From NCBI GenBank assembly GCA_029780855.1, contig JAKOXV010000018.1, positions 54,104 through 118,103 on the forward strand: a stretch of DNA of 64,000 nucleotides, written 5' to 3'. Source of the stretch: a bacterium (lineage in GTDB: Bacteria; Patescibacteriota; Saccharimonadia; Saccharimonadales; JAUPVS01). The position numbers and the translations under genes are program-made. Shown in pieces: positions 32,904 to 42,485 of the stretch (the first letter of the stretch is position 1; every line of letters starts with the position of its first letter). A model generated the notes under the pieces. The model was given only the letters and a program-made list of their open reading frames with translations, was not told where the DNA came from and ran no database searches.

Positions 32904-35710
32904 AGTACGTGCTTAAGATACTGTCCCGTGTAAGAGTCTTTTACCTTGGCGACCTGCTCGGGAGTGCCCTCGGCAACCACCCTACCACCGCCATCACCGC
33001 CCTCAGGACCCATATCAATAATATAATCCGCTGATTTTATGACGTCGAGATTGTGCTCAATAATTACCATGCTATTTCCGGCGTCAACCAGGGCATGTAA
33101 TACGCCGAGAAGTTTGTGGACATCGTCCATATGCAGGCCGGTTGTTGGTTCGTCAAGGATATATAACGTCCTGCCGGTTGGTCTACGAGAAAGCTCTGTT
33201 GCGAGCTTGATTCGCTGCGCTTCACCACCAGAAAGCGTGGTTGCCGGCTGTCCTAATGCGATGTAGCCAAGACCAACATCAACCAGTGTCTGCAGCTTGC
33301 GGGCGATTGCCGGAATGTTTTCAAAAAACTCTAGGGCCGTTTCACAGGTCATTTCTAGAACGTCACTGATAGTCTTACCTTTGTAGTGGATTTCTAACGC
33401 TTCCCGGTTATAGCGCTTGCCGTGGCACACTTCACAGGGAACATACACATCAGGCAAAAAGTGCATTTCTATTTTTATGATTCCGTCTCCGGCACAGTTT
33501 TCACAGCGGCCGCCCTTAACATTAAAACTGAATCTACCTGCCTTATAGCCACGGAGTCGAGCTTCAGGAGTGTTAGCAAAAAGCTCTCGTATTGGCGTAA
33601 ACAAGCCGGTATAGGTAGCGGGGTTTGAGCGTGGCGTACGTCCGATTGGTGATTGATCTATCACGATTGCTTTGTCGAGCTGCTTGATGCCTTCGATATC
33701 TTCGTGGTGTCCGGGTACGGTGTTGGCACGATGTAGCCTTGCCTGTAGTTCTTTGGCCAGAATATCGTTGATCAGGCTTGACTTGCCAGAACCTGAAACA
33801 CCGGTTACAACCACCATCTGCCCCAAAGGCACATCGACACTAACGTTCTTGAGGTTGTTTTCTGTTGCACCCTTAATGGTCAGTTTTTTACCGTTGCCGG
33901 AACGACGCTTTTTAGGTACGGCTATTTTTTTATCGCCACGGAGATACTGTGCGGTAATACTCTCTTTTACTTTAGCTACCGTTTCGGGATCGCCCTGTGC
34001 CACCACATTGCCTCCATGCACCCCAGCACCGGGACCGATATCTAGCAGATAGTCAGCCGTTCTAATAGTGTCCTCATCATGTTCTACCACGATCACGGTA
34101 TTACCAAGATCTCGAAGGTGTTTAAGTGTTTCTATGAGCCGACCATTATCCCGCTGATGAAGCCCAATAGAAGGTTCGTCCAGCACGTAGAGTACGCCCA
34201 TTAGACCAGAGCCTATTTGTGTTGCCAATCGAATACGCTGCGCTTCACCGCCTGATAACGTTACGGCACTGCGCAGCAAGGTGAGGTAGTTCAATCCCAC
34301 GTCCTGAAGAAACTTCAGACGTGCGCAGATTTCCTTTAATACTTGTTCGGCAATTTTGGCGTCTTTTTGGTTTAATTTGAGACTAGCAAAGTAGCTGTTT
34401 GCATCATCAATAGACAGCTGACATACATCCATGATCGAATGATTATCGATGGTAATCGCCAGAACTTCCGGCTTTAAGCGCAGACCGTTACAGGCATGAC
34501 ATGGGCGCTCTTGCATAAAACGTTCAATATCACGACGCATGAAATCGCTGTCGGTTTCTTTGTGCCGGCGCTCTAAGTTTGGAATCACCCCTTCGTAGGT
34601 CGTTTCAAAATTACGACCCAAACCGAGCGATACCTTATATTTCTCGCTTCCTGTACCGTATAAAATCTTATCAAGCTGATCTTTTGTCAGTTCGCTGGTG
34701 GGTACCTGCAGGCTAAATCCATAGCGGTCGGCAACTGCTTGTAGTTTTTTCATGTACCATGCATCACTATTCACGCGGTTGTAGGGACGGATAGCTCCCT
34801 CGGCGAGCGTTAACCTACCGTTAGGAATAACCAATTCTGGGTCAACTTCCAAACGTGACCCCAGACCGGTACAAACCGGACAAGCCCCATGGGGACTATT
34901 AAAACTGAACGTTCGGGGTTCAAGTTCGGGAATAGCTACATCAGGATGGTCCACGCAACCGTACTTTAAGCTGTAAAAAGACTCCTCGTTGGTTTCTGCA
35001 TTTAGCACCTTTAGTTTTCCATCAGCCACCTCGATAGCCTGCTCTACTGATTGTGCCAAGCGGGTCTGACTGTCTGTATTGTTTACCAGGCGGTCTATAA
35101 CAATATCGATACTGTGCTTATAGTTTTTGTCGAGTTCCGGAAACTCATCTAACGCATAGACGACCCCATCTACTCGAGCGCGCGCAAAACCAGCGCGCGT
35201 ATATTGTTCGGGGATATGTTCAAAAGCACCTTTTTTATCTACCACTACCGGTGCCAAAATCATAAGTTTAGCGTCCGCAGGCATGCTAGAGATCTTGTCA
35301 ACAATCGCAGTACTGGTTTGACGAGCAACCGGTTTTCCACAAACTGGACAGTGCGGAACGCCTATACGGGCAAATAGTAGCCTTAGGTAATCATAAATCT
35401 CTGTCACGGTGGCTACGGTTGAGCGGGGGTTACGGCTCGTCGATTTTTGGTCGATCGATATGGCCGGGCTTAACCCGTCGATCTGATCAACGTCAGGTTT
35501 TTCCATCAGCCCTAAGAATTGGCGAGCATACGAACTTAGGCTCTCAACATAGCGACGCTGGCCCTCTGCGTAAATAGTGTCAAAAGCCAAAGATGACTTT
35601 CCAGATCCTGAAAGCCCCGTAATCACCACTAGCTTGCCGCGAGGGATGGTGACATCAACGTTTTTTAGGTTGTGCTCTCGAGCACCCTTAACAACAATCT
35701 TCTCACTCAT
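32900..35710 (-). CDS. uvrA: Excinuclease ABC subunit A
   Basis: Two ABC ATPase modules ([14 protein letters not shown]; [13 protein letters not shown]; LSGGEAQR twice) and zinc-finger Cys pairs. 936 aa. Confidence 0.97.
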   Translation of the reverse strand: MSEKIVVKGAREHNLKNVDVTIPRGKLVVITGLSGSGKSSLAFDTIYAEGQRRYVESLSSYARQFLGLMEKPDVDQIDGLSPAISIDQKSTSRNPRSTVATVTEIYDYLRLLFARIGVPHCPVCGKPVARQTSTAIVDKISSMPADAKLMILAPVVVDKKGAFEHIPEQYTRAGFARARVDGVVYALDEFPELDKNYKHSIDIVIDRLVNNTDSQTRLAQSVEQAIEVADGKLKVLNAETNEESFYSLKYGCVDHPDVAIPELEPRTFSFNSPHGACPVCTGLGSRLEVDPELVIPNGRLTLAEGAIRPYNRVNSDAWYMKKLQAVADRYGFSLQVPTSELTKDQLDKILYGTGSEKYKVSLGLGRNFETTYEGVIPNLERRHKETDSDFMRRDIERFMQERPCHACNGLRLKPEVLAITIDNHSIMDVCQLSIDDANSYFASLKLNQKDAKIAEQVLKEICARLKFLQDVGLNYLTLLRSAVTLSGGEAQRIRLATQIGSGLMGVLYVLDEPSIGLHQRDNGRLIETLKHLRDLGNTVIVVEHDEDTIRTADYLLDIGPGAGVHGGNVVAQGDPETVAKVKESITAQYLRGDKKIAVPKKRRSGNGKKLTIKGATENNLKNVSVDVPLGQMVVVTGVSGSGKSSLINDILAKELQARLHRANTVPGHHEDIEGIKQLDKAIVIDQSPIGRTPRSNPATYTGLFTPIRELFANTPEARLRGYKAGRFSFNVKGGRCENCAGDGIIKIEMHFLPDVYVPCEVCHGKRYNREALEIHYKGKTISDVLEMTCETALEFFENIPAIARKLQTLVDVGLGYIALGQPATTLSGGEAQRIKLATELSRRPTGRTLYILDEPTTGLHMDDVHKLLGVLHALVDAGNSMVIIEHNLDVIKSADYIIDMGPEGGDGGGRVVAEGTPEQVAKVKDSYTGQYLKHVL

Positions 35711-35746
35711 AAACTGAGCTATTGTACCAGTTTATGAAGCGATTTT

Positions 35747-36514
35747 CTACCCCTGTTCTGCTAGTATGCCCGTTGAGTCTTGGGGTAATCGAACATTTAT
35801 CGGATATTCCTGCCGATCAGACCGCGTTGGACGTAGATAAATAACGGGGTCGTCCAGGTAGATTTCGTCGCCTATCGCCTCTTCTAGCTCATTGCGAACT
35901 GCTCGCAGTTCGTGGTTTCTAATACCTCCCGGTTTGTGAGCGATGGTAATATGCGGCGTGGTTGAAAGACCATACGTTACAAACCGAGGATTATCGGACA
36001 TGGCATTCGCAATTGATCCCACGCAAAAACTATTTTCTGCGACCAGCGTTCCGATTGGCATAGCTTCACCATACGTGTCTTTCATTGCATAGTGTCTGCG
36101 AAGCCCCTTCCAACCACTCAGTTCAACGCCCAGCTTATCGTTGTTAGCCCCAAAACGAGCTATTCTACCCAAGGGAACAGCAAGCTTATGGGGAGTACCA
36201 TCAAGTAACTTCTCTAAACCATCCCGTGTTTGATAGGCGATATTTTCGATTTCTTCAGGAGTGGGTCGAGCCCAGGCTTCGCGTAAACGATCCACAAATC
36301 GGTTTCTTTCAATAATCGTCATCCCTAGCTGAGAGGGCTGATACGTATGGTAGTGCGAGCCCAAGATAGACTGCACATCGCGCTGCATCTCTACGGGTCT
36401 ATCAGTATCGAGTGATACTCCGCGCCTGACAGAAAAGGCCGGAACAAAATACGTCGGCGCCTCTCTATGCATTAAATTACTGCGAGGCCTACGAGCGTGA
36501 TTTGCTCCTCCCAT
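35747..36514 (-). CDS. Hypothetical protein; possible 2H-phosphoesterase-like fold (255 aa)
   Basis: Two H-x-T-like motifs (SHYHTYQ and TPHITIAH) about 135 residues apart. This is a weak assignment. Confidence 0.35.
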   Translation of the reverse strand: MGGANHARRPRSNLMHREAPTYFVPAFSVRRGVSLDTDRPVEMQRDVQSILGSHYHTYQPSQLGMTIIERNRFVDRLREAWARPTPEEIENIAYQTRDGLEKLLDGTPHKLAVPLGRIARFGANNDKLGVELSGWKGLRRHYAMKDTYGEAMPIGTLVAENSFCVGSIANAMSDNPRFVTYGLSTTPHITIAHKPGGIRNHELRAVRNELEEAIGDEIYLDDPVIYLRPTRSDRQEYPINVRLPQDSTGILAEQG

Positions 36515-36638
36515 TTCGTCTCCTTTTCTTTGGATTTCAGAATAGCATCTGTAAGAAATCTAACATTAGCACTATCGTAAGTAAACATTTTTTGCAAAAA
36601 TTGCAACAATTTTTAGCATTAGCACTAATACAATAGTA

Positions 36639-36666
36639 TTGACATTATATCAATTTTATTTAAAAT
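36639..36666 (+). promoter_or_regulatory. Sigma70-type promoter for the 65-aa ORF
   Basis: TTGACA (36639-44), a 16-nt spacer, then TAAAAT (36661-66), 27 nt before the ATG at 36693. Confidence 0.5.
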
Positions 36667-36692
36667 ACAAATAAAGTAATAAGGGTGCGTGT

Positions 36693-36890
36693 ATGCTAGA
36701 CCTAATCGTACTGGGCCAGATCCCAGGAACAAATATCCAAATAACCTTTTCTTTGTTTGGTTTGGTCATGATCGTGCTGCTGAGCGTGGCGTTCATTCAT
36801 ATACGTCACAAAAATCTACGAGATCTTAAAGACACCATGAAGCGTCGATTTGAAATCATTACGCTTAGTAATCTTGATCAACAGGCATAA
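36693..36890 (+). CDS. Small membrane protein (65 aa)
   Basis: One TM (ITFSLFGLVMIVLLSVAFIHI). AAGGGTG lies upstream and the promoter is nearby. The 3' end overlaps the convergent sbcB. Confidence 0.45.
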   Translation: MLDLIVLGQIPGTNIQITFSLFGLVMIVLLSVAFIHIRHKNLRDLKDTMKRRFEIITLSNLDQQA

Positions 36891-38307
36891 TGGCCTCGGC
36901 GTACAGCTGAAGTTCTTCCAATAAGTACTGCTTTTCAAGCGAAAGACCTTTGCTCTGCGATAACTCCTGCAAACGGTTCATGTACTTTTGTAACCGGCTC
37001 GAAGCACCGCCCTGCAGCAGTCTATTAGTCCTAAACAATTCCCACGCTGCCCTTTCTTCACTACTTAAGGACTCGGGATAATTACGCGCTTTATACAGAG
37101 GCAATAGTGCTTTTAGCCGACTATCTTTGAGCTTAGATTCAAAAGCAGAGATATCTGATGCATCACTCGCCCGGATGGCCCGACAAACCGTCTTATCCGC
37201 ATCAGGAATAAAGCCATCATACAATTGGCTGTCGACCTCTTGTTCACTCGCCAATAGCTGCGTCTGTTGTTCCTTATTCATAATCTCAAGTGCCTCAAGA
37301 ACGTGCTTAACAAACTTTGGATGTTCCTGTATCAAGCGAAGGTTTTTGGATGTATCTGTAAGCGTAATCCCAATTCTCTCTTTACTCGCATCATCCAGTA
37401 CTCCTAGTGGTGCAATCGCTGGACAGCGATTATATTGCAACGTTTTAATTGGTAGTGGGATGTCTTGGCGATCTTTTTTATACTTCCACAGCTCAACCAA
37501 TTCTGTGGGGCTTTTGTCCAGGAACTCCGCAGGATCATACCGAAGGTCATAGACCAGTGCCGCTTTACGCTCCGGATGGTTCGCGATTTTTGCGACAACT
37601 GTTGTTTTTTGATATTCAGACGCATACTTACCAGAGGTGTACACAAAGGGCTGACCTGCATCTACGAGCTCGGCTATTTTTTCTTTTTTGCGCATAGTTA
37701 ATAGGTAGTCGAAGAGTTTTTGGTGCTTATTTCTAATCAATCGGGCAACAGCGATTGTCGCCTTGACATCACTTAGCGCATCATGAGCGTCGGCATGATC
37801 AAGCCCGTTCACGTCCGTCAACAGTTCAAGCCGGTTAGTTGCGTTTCCTTTTGCATCAACCGGCCATTCTATACCGTCGGGACGCAATGCCCGAGTCATT
37901 CGGACGACGTCTAACATATCCCAACGACTTCTCCCATCTTGCCACTGCCATTCGTACGGATCATAAAAGTTCCGGTAGTGCAGAAAACGCATGAATTCGT
38001 CGTCAAATCTAACCGTATTAAAACCCACAAAAATCGTGCCAGGGGTAGCAACTTGCTCAGAAAATATCTTTAAAAATTCCGCTTCCGTAATACCCTCTGC
38101 TCTGGTGAGCTGGGGCGTAATGCCGGTTACTAGTATGGCATCGGGCTCAGGCAGGATGTCATCGGTCATTCTAATGAGTGCATTTATCGGTTCACAAAGG
38201 GGCTTTAAAGAAAGATCGGTGCGCTGACCAGCAAACTGCATTATTCGGGATTCTCGAGGGTTAATACCGCTCGTTTCAAGATCGTAAAAGAAAAAACTTT
38301 CTTGCAC
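36865..38307 (-). CDS. sbcB: Exodeoxyribonuclease I
   Basis: DEDDh exonuclease motifs FFFYDLETSGINP, VGFNTVRFDDEF and HDALSDV, plus the SH3-like and C-terminal helical domains. 480 aa. Confidence 0.9.
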   Translation of the reverse strand: MQESFFFYDLETSGINPRESRIMQFAGQRTDLSLKPLCEPINALIRMTDDILPEPDAILVTGITPQLTRAEGITEAEFLKIFSEQVATPGTIFVGFNTVRFDDEFMRFLHYRNFYDPYEWQWQDGRSRWDMLDVVRMTRALRPDGIEWPVDAKGNATNRLELLTDVNGLDHADAHDALSDVKATIAVARLIRNKHQKLFDYLLTMRKKEKIAELVDAGQPFVYTSGKYASEYQKTTVVAKIANHPERKAALVYDLRYDPAEFLDKSPTELVELWKYKKDRQDIPLPIKTLQYNRCPAIAPLGVLDDASKERIGITLTDTSKNLRLIQEHPKFVKHVLEALEIMNKEQQTQLLASEQEVDSQLYDGFIPDADKTVCRAIRASDASDISAFESKLKDSRLKALLPLYKARNYPESLSSEERAAWELFRTNRLLQGGASSRLQKYMNRLQELSQSKGLSLEKQYLLEELQLYAEAIMPVDQDY

Positions 38308-38335
38308 TCCTCTAGTGTACCATCGCTACATACGT

Positions 38336-39601
38336 TTAGTATTCGATTGGATCAAAACCTTCTACGATGATTTTGTCGCCCGCTTCTATGCCCTGACGTT
38401 TTAGTTCACGCATTATACCCATCTTTTTCATGATATCTCGCAAGCGCTGTACTCCGTGAAAGTTAGAGAAATCGGTGCGCGCTGCAAATTTTGCAATTTT
38501 GCGCCCATGAATTACGAAACCTTCTTTAGTTTTTACTACTTTCCACGTTTCGTCTTCATCACCAAGTCGTATAACTGGCAGCTCCTGCGGAGCGTTCTGC
38601 TGCTTTATTTTTTCCTTCTGTACGAGCTTGTTAGTGGCGTACAGTAGATCTTTAACTCCCTGGCCACTTTGAGCAGAGATGGCAAACAGCTTAGTCTTTT
38701 TGGGTATGACTTTTTGTAGTTCGGCCAACTTTTCGCTAACCATCTCTTCATCAAATCCATCTACCTTATTAAGCGCAACGAGCTCTGGTAACTTAGAAAG
38801 GTCTGTACTGTAGGATTTTAACTCGTTCTGAATCGTTTTGTATGCACTTACGATATCTTCCTGGTAGATGTCGATGAGATGAATCAGTACGCAGGTACGT
38901 TCTATGTGCCGTAAGAATTCATCACCTAAGCCCTTCCCCTGGCTTGCTCCCCCAATAAGTCCTGGAATATCTGCCAGAAGTAGGCTTGAAGAATCGTCTA
39001 TATCCACTACCCCCAGGTTTGGTTTTAAGGTCGTAAAAGGATAGTTAGCTATTTCAGGCTTGGCATTACTGGTGACACTCAACAAAGTTGATTTGCCGGC
39101 GTTCGGGAGACCAACAAGACCAACATCCGCAATCATTTTAAGCTCTAGCAAACCTTCAAACTCTTCTCCCGCCTCACCTTTTTCAGCTAGGCGAGGGGTC
39201 TGCCGAGTAGAGGATATGAAGTGTGCATTCCCAAAACCACCCCTACCGCCTTTTGCAATAACCGCTTCTTGACCATCATGCACGAGGTCAGCAAGGACTT
39301 CGCCTTCGTGAGAAGCAACCACCGTCCCCACAGGTACATCTACTACGAGGTCTTCCCCACTCCGTCCATGTTTTTTACGCTTCCCGCCGGATTGCCCAGG
39401 CGCTGCCTTTAGAAGTTTTTGATACCGGAACGATGCAAGCGTGTTTTGGTTACGACTAGCCCGCAATACTACACTTCCGCCGTTTCCGCCATCGCCGCCG
39501 TCCGGACCACCCTTATCGATAAATTTTTCATGCCTGAAGCTAACGATGCCGTTTCCGCCATCGCCCGCTTGAACCAAAACTTTCACTTTATCAACAAACA
39601 T
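38336..39601 (-). CDS. obg: GTPase Obg/CgtA
   Basis: The Gly-rich Obg fold (MFVDKVKVLVQAGDGGNG...GGPDGGDGGNGGSV), G motifs GLPNAGKST, DIPGLI, NKVD, and a C-terminal OCT domain. Confidence 0.97.
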   Translation of the reverse strand: MFVDKVKVLVQAGDGGNGIVSFRHEKFIDKGGPDGGDGGNGGSVVLRASRNQNTLASFRYQKLLKAAPGQSGGKRKKHGRSGEDLVVDVPVGTVVASHEGEVLADLVHDGQEAVIAKGGRGGFGNAHFISSTRQTPRLAEKGEAGEEFEGLLELKMIADVGLVGLPNAGKSTLLSVTSNAKPEIANYPFTTLKPNLGVVDIDDSSSLLLADIPGLIGGASQGKGLGDEFLRHIERTCVLIHLIDIYQEDIVSAYKTIQNELKSYSTDLSKLPELVALNKVDGFDEEMVSEKLAELQKVIPKKTKLFAISAQSGQGVKDLLYATNKLVQKEKIKQQNAPQELPVIRLGDEDETWKVVKTKEGFVIHGRKIAKFAARTDFSNFHGVQRLRDIMKKMGIMRELKRQGIEAGDKIIVEGFDPIEY

Positions 39602-39645
39602 ACAACTCTAGGATACCTTACTGAGTACTCAATAAACCAGCAGTA

Positions 39646-40716
39646 TTAATAAATATACGAATATGCGGCAGCCTGGCTAGCAGAAAGAGTCTTGTAGCTT
39701 ACCTTACCCCAGCCCACAGTGTTCATCTCTGAGATAAGCACACTTCCGTCATCGTTAACTTTTTCAACGAACCCTACATGGCCGTAGTAATCGCGTGGCG
39801 GCACCCACCACACCGCACCAGCTTGAGGTACATTACCTACCGGTAAACCAGCTCGCTGCGCAAGAACCTTCCAGGTACTCGCATTACCCAAGTTACTTGG
39901 AATTGGTTTGCCGATTTGGGAACGACGTACCGCTACCCACCAGGTACAGTAACCGTAATCATAGCCGTTTCCGCCATATACCGGGGAATACCCACCCCAG
40001 GCAAAGCCAGCGTACGACGCAGCTGTCCGCGCATAACCTGTGGCCTGAGTTGGAGGAGAACCGTCAGGAATTATGATGTACTCGCCAATCGGCAAGCCAC
40101 TAATCTCAGCATCATTAATAGCAACGAGCAGATCTTTATTAGCGTGGTACTTTTGAGCCAGACTATCAGCTGTATCACCGGAAGTTGTCTTATAGACAAT
40201 TCCGTTAACCGGTGAAATCAGCAATTGTTTTCCGGCGGCCACAGTATCGCCCGTTAGACTATTGGACCAACGTACGGTATCTGACGTAATCCCAAACTTA
40301 GCAGCAATACTTGAAACGGTATCGCCTGCCTGTACTACGTATGTTTGAATGTCTTTACGAGACTTTAATCCGGCAGATATAACCTGTGGTTTTGCAATCA
40401 CTTCTTGATCATTAGAGCTAACCGCCAGCTGGGCATTTACCGTGTCTGCCTTGTTGGTGACGGCCGATGCTTCATCTAGTCCGGACACTCGGGCAATATG
40501 TACAGCGATATCAGCAGAAGACAACTGGTCAAGTGGATTAACCGTCTGAGTATTGTCACTTGGTGCGATTGCGGCATTTTGTACGGGGGCCTCACTGTTG
40601 GTGTGACGAGCCTGTACTACGAAAGTTACCACTATGAGCAACAGCGCAAGGTTGGCAGCGACCAAACCATAGCGAATAACCCGCCGTTTTGATTTCTTCG
40701 GCAGGCGTTTATACAT
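39646..40716 (-). CDS. Secreted/anchored peptidoglycan hydrolase with LysM repeats and a C-terminal CHAP domain
   Basis: N-terminal TM. Two LysM repeats (YVVQAGDTVSSIAAKFGIT; YKTTSGDTADSLAQKYHAN). CHAP Cys/His context YGYCTWWVA...GHVGFVEKV. Start taken at ATG 40716; a TTG at 40797 is possible. Confidence 0.85.
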   Translation of the reverse strand: MYKRLPKKSKRRVIRYGLVAANLALLLIVVTFVVQARHTNSEAPVQNAAIAPSDNTQTVNPLDQLSSADIAVHIARVSGLDEASAVTNKADTVNAQLAVSSNDQEVIAKPQVISAGLKSRKDIQTYVVQAGDTVSSIAAKFGITSDTVRWSNSLTGDTVAAGKQLLISPVNGIVYKTTSGDTADSLAQKYHANKDLLVAINDAEISGLPIGEYIIIPDGSPPTQATGYARTAASYAGFAWGGYSPVYGGNGYDYGYCTWWVAVRRSQIGKPIPSNLGNASTWKVLAQRAGLPVGNVPQAGAVWWVPPRDYYGHVGFVEKVNDDGSVLISEMNTVGWGKVSYKTLSASQAAAYSYIY

Positions 40717-40992
40717 TCTGGAATACCTTTTACCAGACGCAATATCCCCTAATTGGGCTGCTCGCTTCTGACTAAGGTCTAAGATACGAATATGCAATCT
40801 CCGGCATTACTGCCAAATTACAGGAATTGTACGTAACAGAGGTCGACCGAAGTGCTTCTGTTAGGCTATCAATCCTGGCAACCTTCTACCTCTGTTATTT
40901 TGCAATACAAACAGTAGTGGGCTGCGCCTAAAAGTATACCAAAACGAGGCTAAAAAGCAACTCCTGAAGCACTTTTGCCACCCCTGTAAACT

Positions 40993-42051
40993 CTACTGAT
41001 TACAGAGCTTTTTACAGTATTGTTTTGTGAGCGCTTCATGCTCCTCTATGGTGTGGGAGAAATAAGTTTTCCCATCATCACCAGAAACAAAGTACAACCA
41101 ATCAGTGGCTGCCGGATGGGCAACCGCTTGGAGAGAAGATTCACTAACATTGCTTATTGGCCCTGGTGGTAGGCCAGCATACAGGTGGGTGTTATAGGAT
41201 GAATCATATGTTAAAGAAGGTGCCTTGCCCGCTACGAACGATCCGTAGAACGCAGTAACATCGGAGCCGAGCGGCATGTTTTGGCTCAGACGTTTAAGAA
41301 ACACTTGGGCAGCCTGGGCTCTATCACTATTGTTAGAGACTTCTTGTTCAACAATAGAGGCTAGTGTGACGCCCTGGTGAACGGTAAGCCCCTGACTGAC
41401 AAACGCCGCCCTTAGTTCTGGGGTTAGGTGTTTTTGCATTTCGTCCAATGACTGCCGAATGATAGTTTGGGGCGTTGTTTCTGCAGTTTTCTGAAACGAT
41501 TCTGGGTACAAATACCCTTCCAAACTTGCCCCTTCCGGTTTATCTACTAGCGCCGGATGGCCAACGTATTGGGCCGGGTCAAATGCTTTTTCCACTTCCT
41601 TGGCGTCAAATCCCGCATTGATCATGGCGCTCTTAATTTGGTCTAGGCGCTGTGCCGGCAGGATGGTGAAGAGATTTTTTAAAATATGACCCTTGGTGAG
41701 GATATCTACAATTTCTCCTACGCTCTGACTCGGTCGGAGCGAGTACGTGCCCGCCTGGAGTTTGTCTTGAAGATTCTTGTTTCTAACATACTGCTCAAAA
41801 ACGCGATTGTTTCTAATCAATCCGTTTTCTTTTAGGTTTACCGCAATATCGTGAACGGTAGACCCTTCTTCTACCGTAATAATCGTTGCGGTTTGACTAT
41901 TGCTAACCGGTTTTAGGTTTTGTTCGTAGTAGCGCCTACCCATGTACGCCAGTCCGGCCGTTACCAATAACACCACCACAATCAGACTCACCACAATCTT
42001 GAGGCCTTTTCGCTGATTAAACTGGTTGTTAGTGCTGAGAAAGTTCTTCAT
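40993..42051 (-). CDS. mltG: Endolytic murein transglycosylase MltG (YceG-like)
   Basis: N-terminal TM, a LysM-like domain, and the catalytic region LEGYLYPESF...TLASIVEQE...YNTHLYAGLPPGPISN. Confidence 0.9.
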   Translation of the reverse strand: MKNFLSTNNQFNQRKGLKIVVSLIVVVLLVTAGLAYMGRRYYEQNLKPVSNSQTATIITVEEGSTVHDIAVNLKENGLIRNNRVFEQYVRNKNLQDKLQAGTYSLRPSQSVGEIVDILTKGHILKNLFTILPAQRLDQIKSAMINAGFDAKEVEKAFDPAQYVGHPALVDKPEGASLEGYLYPESFQKTAETTPQTIIRQSLDEMQKHLTPELRAAFVSQGLTVHQGVTLASIVEQEVSNNSDRAQAAQVFLKRLSQNMPLGSDVTAFYGSFVAGKAPSLTYDSSYNTHLYAGLPPGPISNVSESSLQAVAHPAATDWLYFVSGDDGKTYFSHTIEEHEALTKQYCKKLCNQ

Positions 42052-42068
42052 GCATTATGCTCCGTACA

Positions 42069-42485
42069 TTATGGGTGAGTACTTAGATAATCTTCTAGTA
42101 TATAGGTTGCCGCCAAGGCATCAACATCACCCTTAGCATAGGAACCTTTTTTCGCTAGTTCTGTCTCTGATTTTACGGAAGTAAGTGTTTCGTCCTGAAA
42201 GCTTATCGGGACAGTAATGCGCTTTGCCAGTTGGTCAGCAAATAGTTTTATGGCTTCTGTCTGCTGCGTCTCTTGCCCCTGCATGCCTCTGGGTAAGCCA
42301 ATGACCAGCTGGCAGGCAGTTTCTCTGGCTAGAATCTTTTTAATATCTTCAATGACCGATTCACTAACCGCTAGTGTCTCCATCGGGGTTGCCAAGCGAG
42401 CTACAACATTGGCGCTAGCCATGCCGATTCGTTTTGCGCCTACATCCAAACTAACGATACGGGCATTAGGGTTTTTTGTTGTCAT
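42069..42485 (-). CDS. ruvX: Putative pre-16S rRNA nuclease / Holliday junction resolvase-like RuvX (YqgF)
   Basis: IVSLDVGAKRIGMA...VIGLPRGMQGQETQQTE...FQDETLTS is the YqgF pattern. Confidence 0.85.
   Translation of the reverse strand: MTTKNPNARIVSLDVGAKRIGMASANVVARLATPMETLAVSESVIEDIKKILARETACQLVIGLPRGMQGQETQQTEAIKLFADQLAKRITVPISFQDETLTSVKSETELAKKGSYAKGDVDALAATYILEDYLSTHP

Noticed and set aside
40717-40992. c-di-AMP (ydaO) riboswitch upstream of the CHAP hydrolase
   Set aside because: I looked for the conserved GGGGACCCA / GAAUCC-type elements of the ydaO class and did not find them. Only generic long-range helices are visible, so the known class is rejected and the region is reported only as an unclassified candidate.
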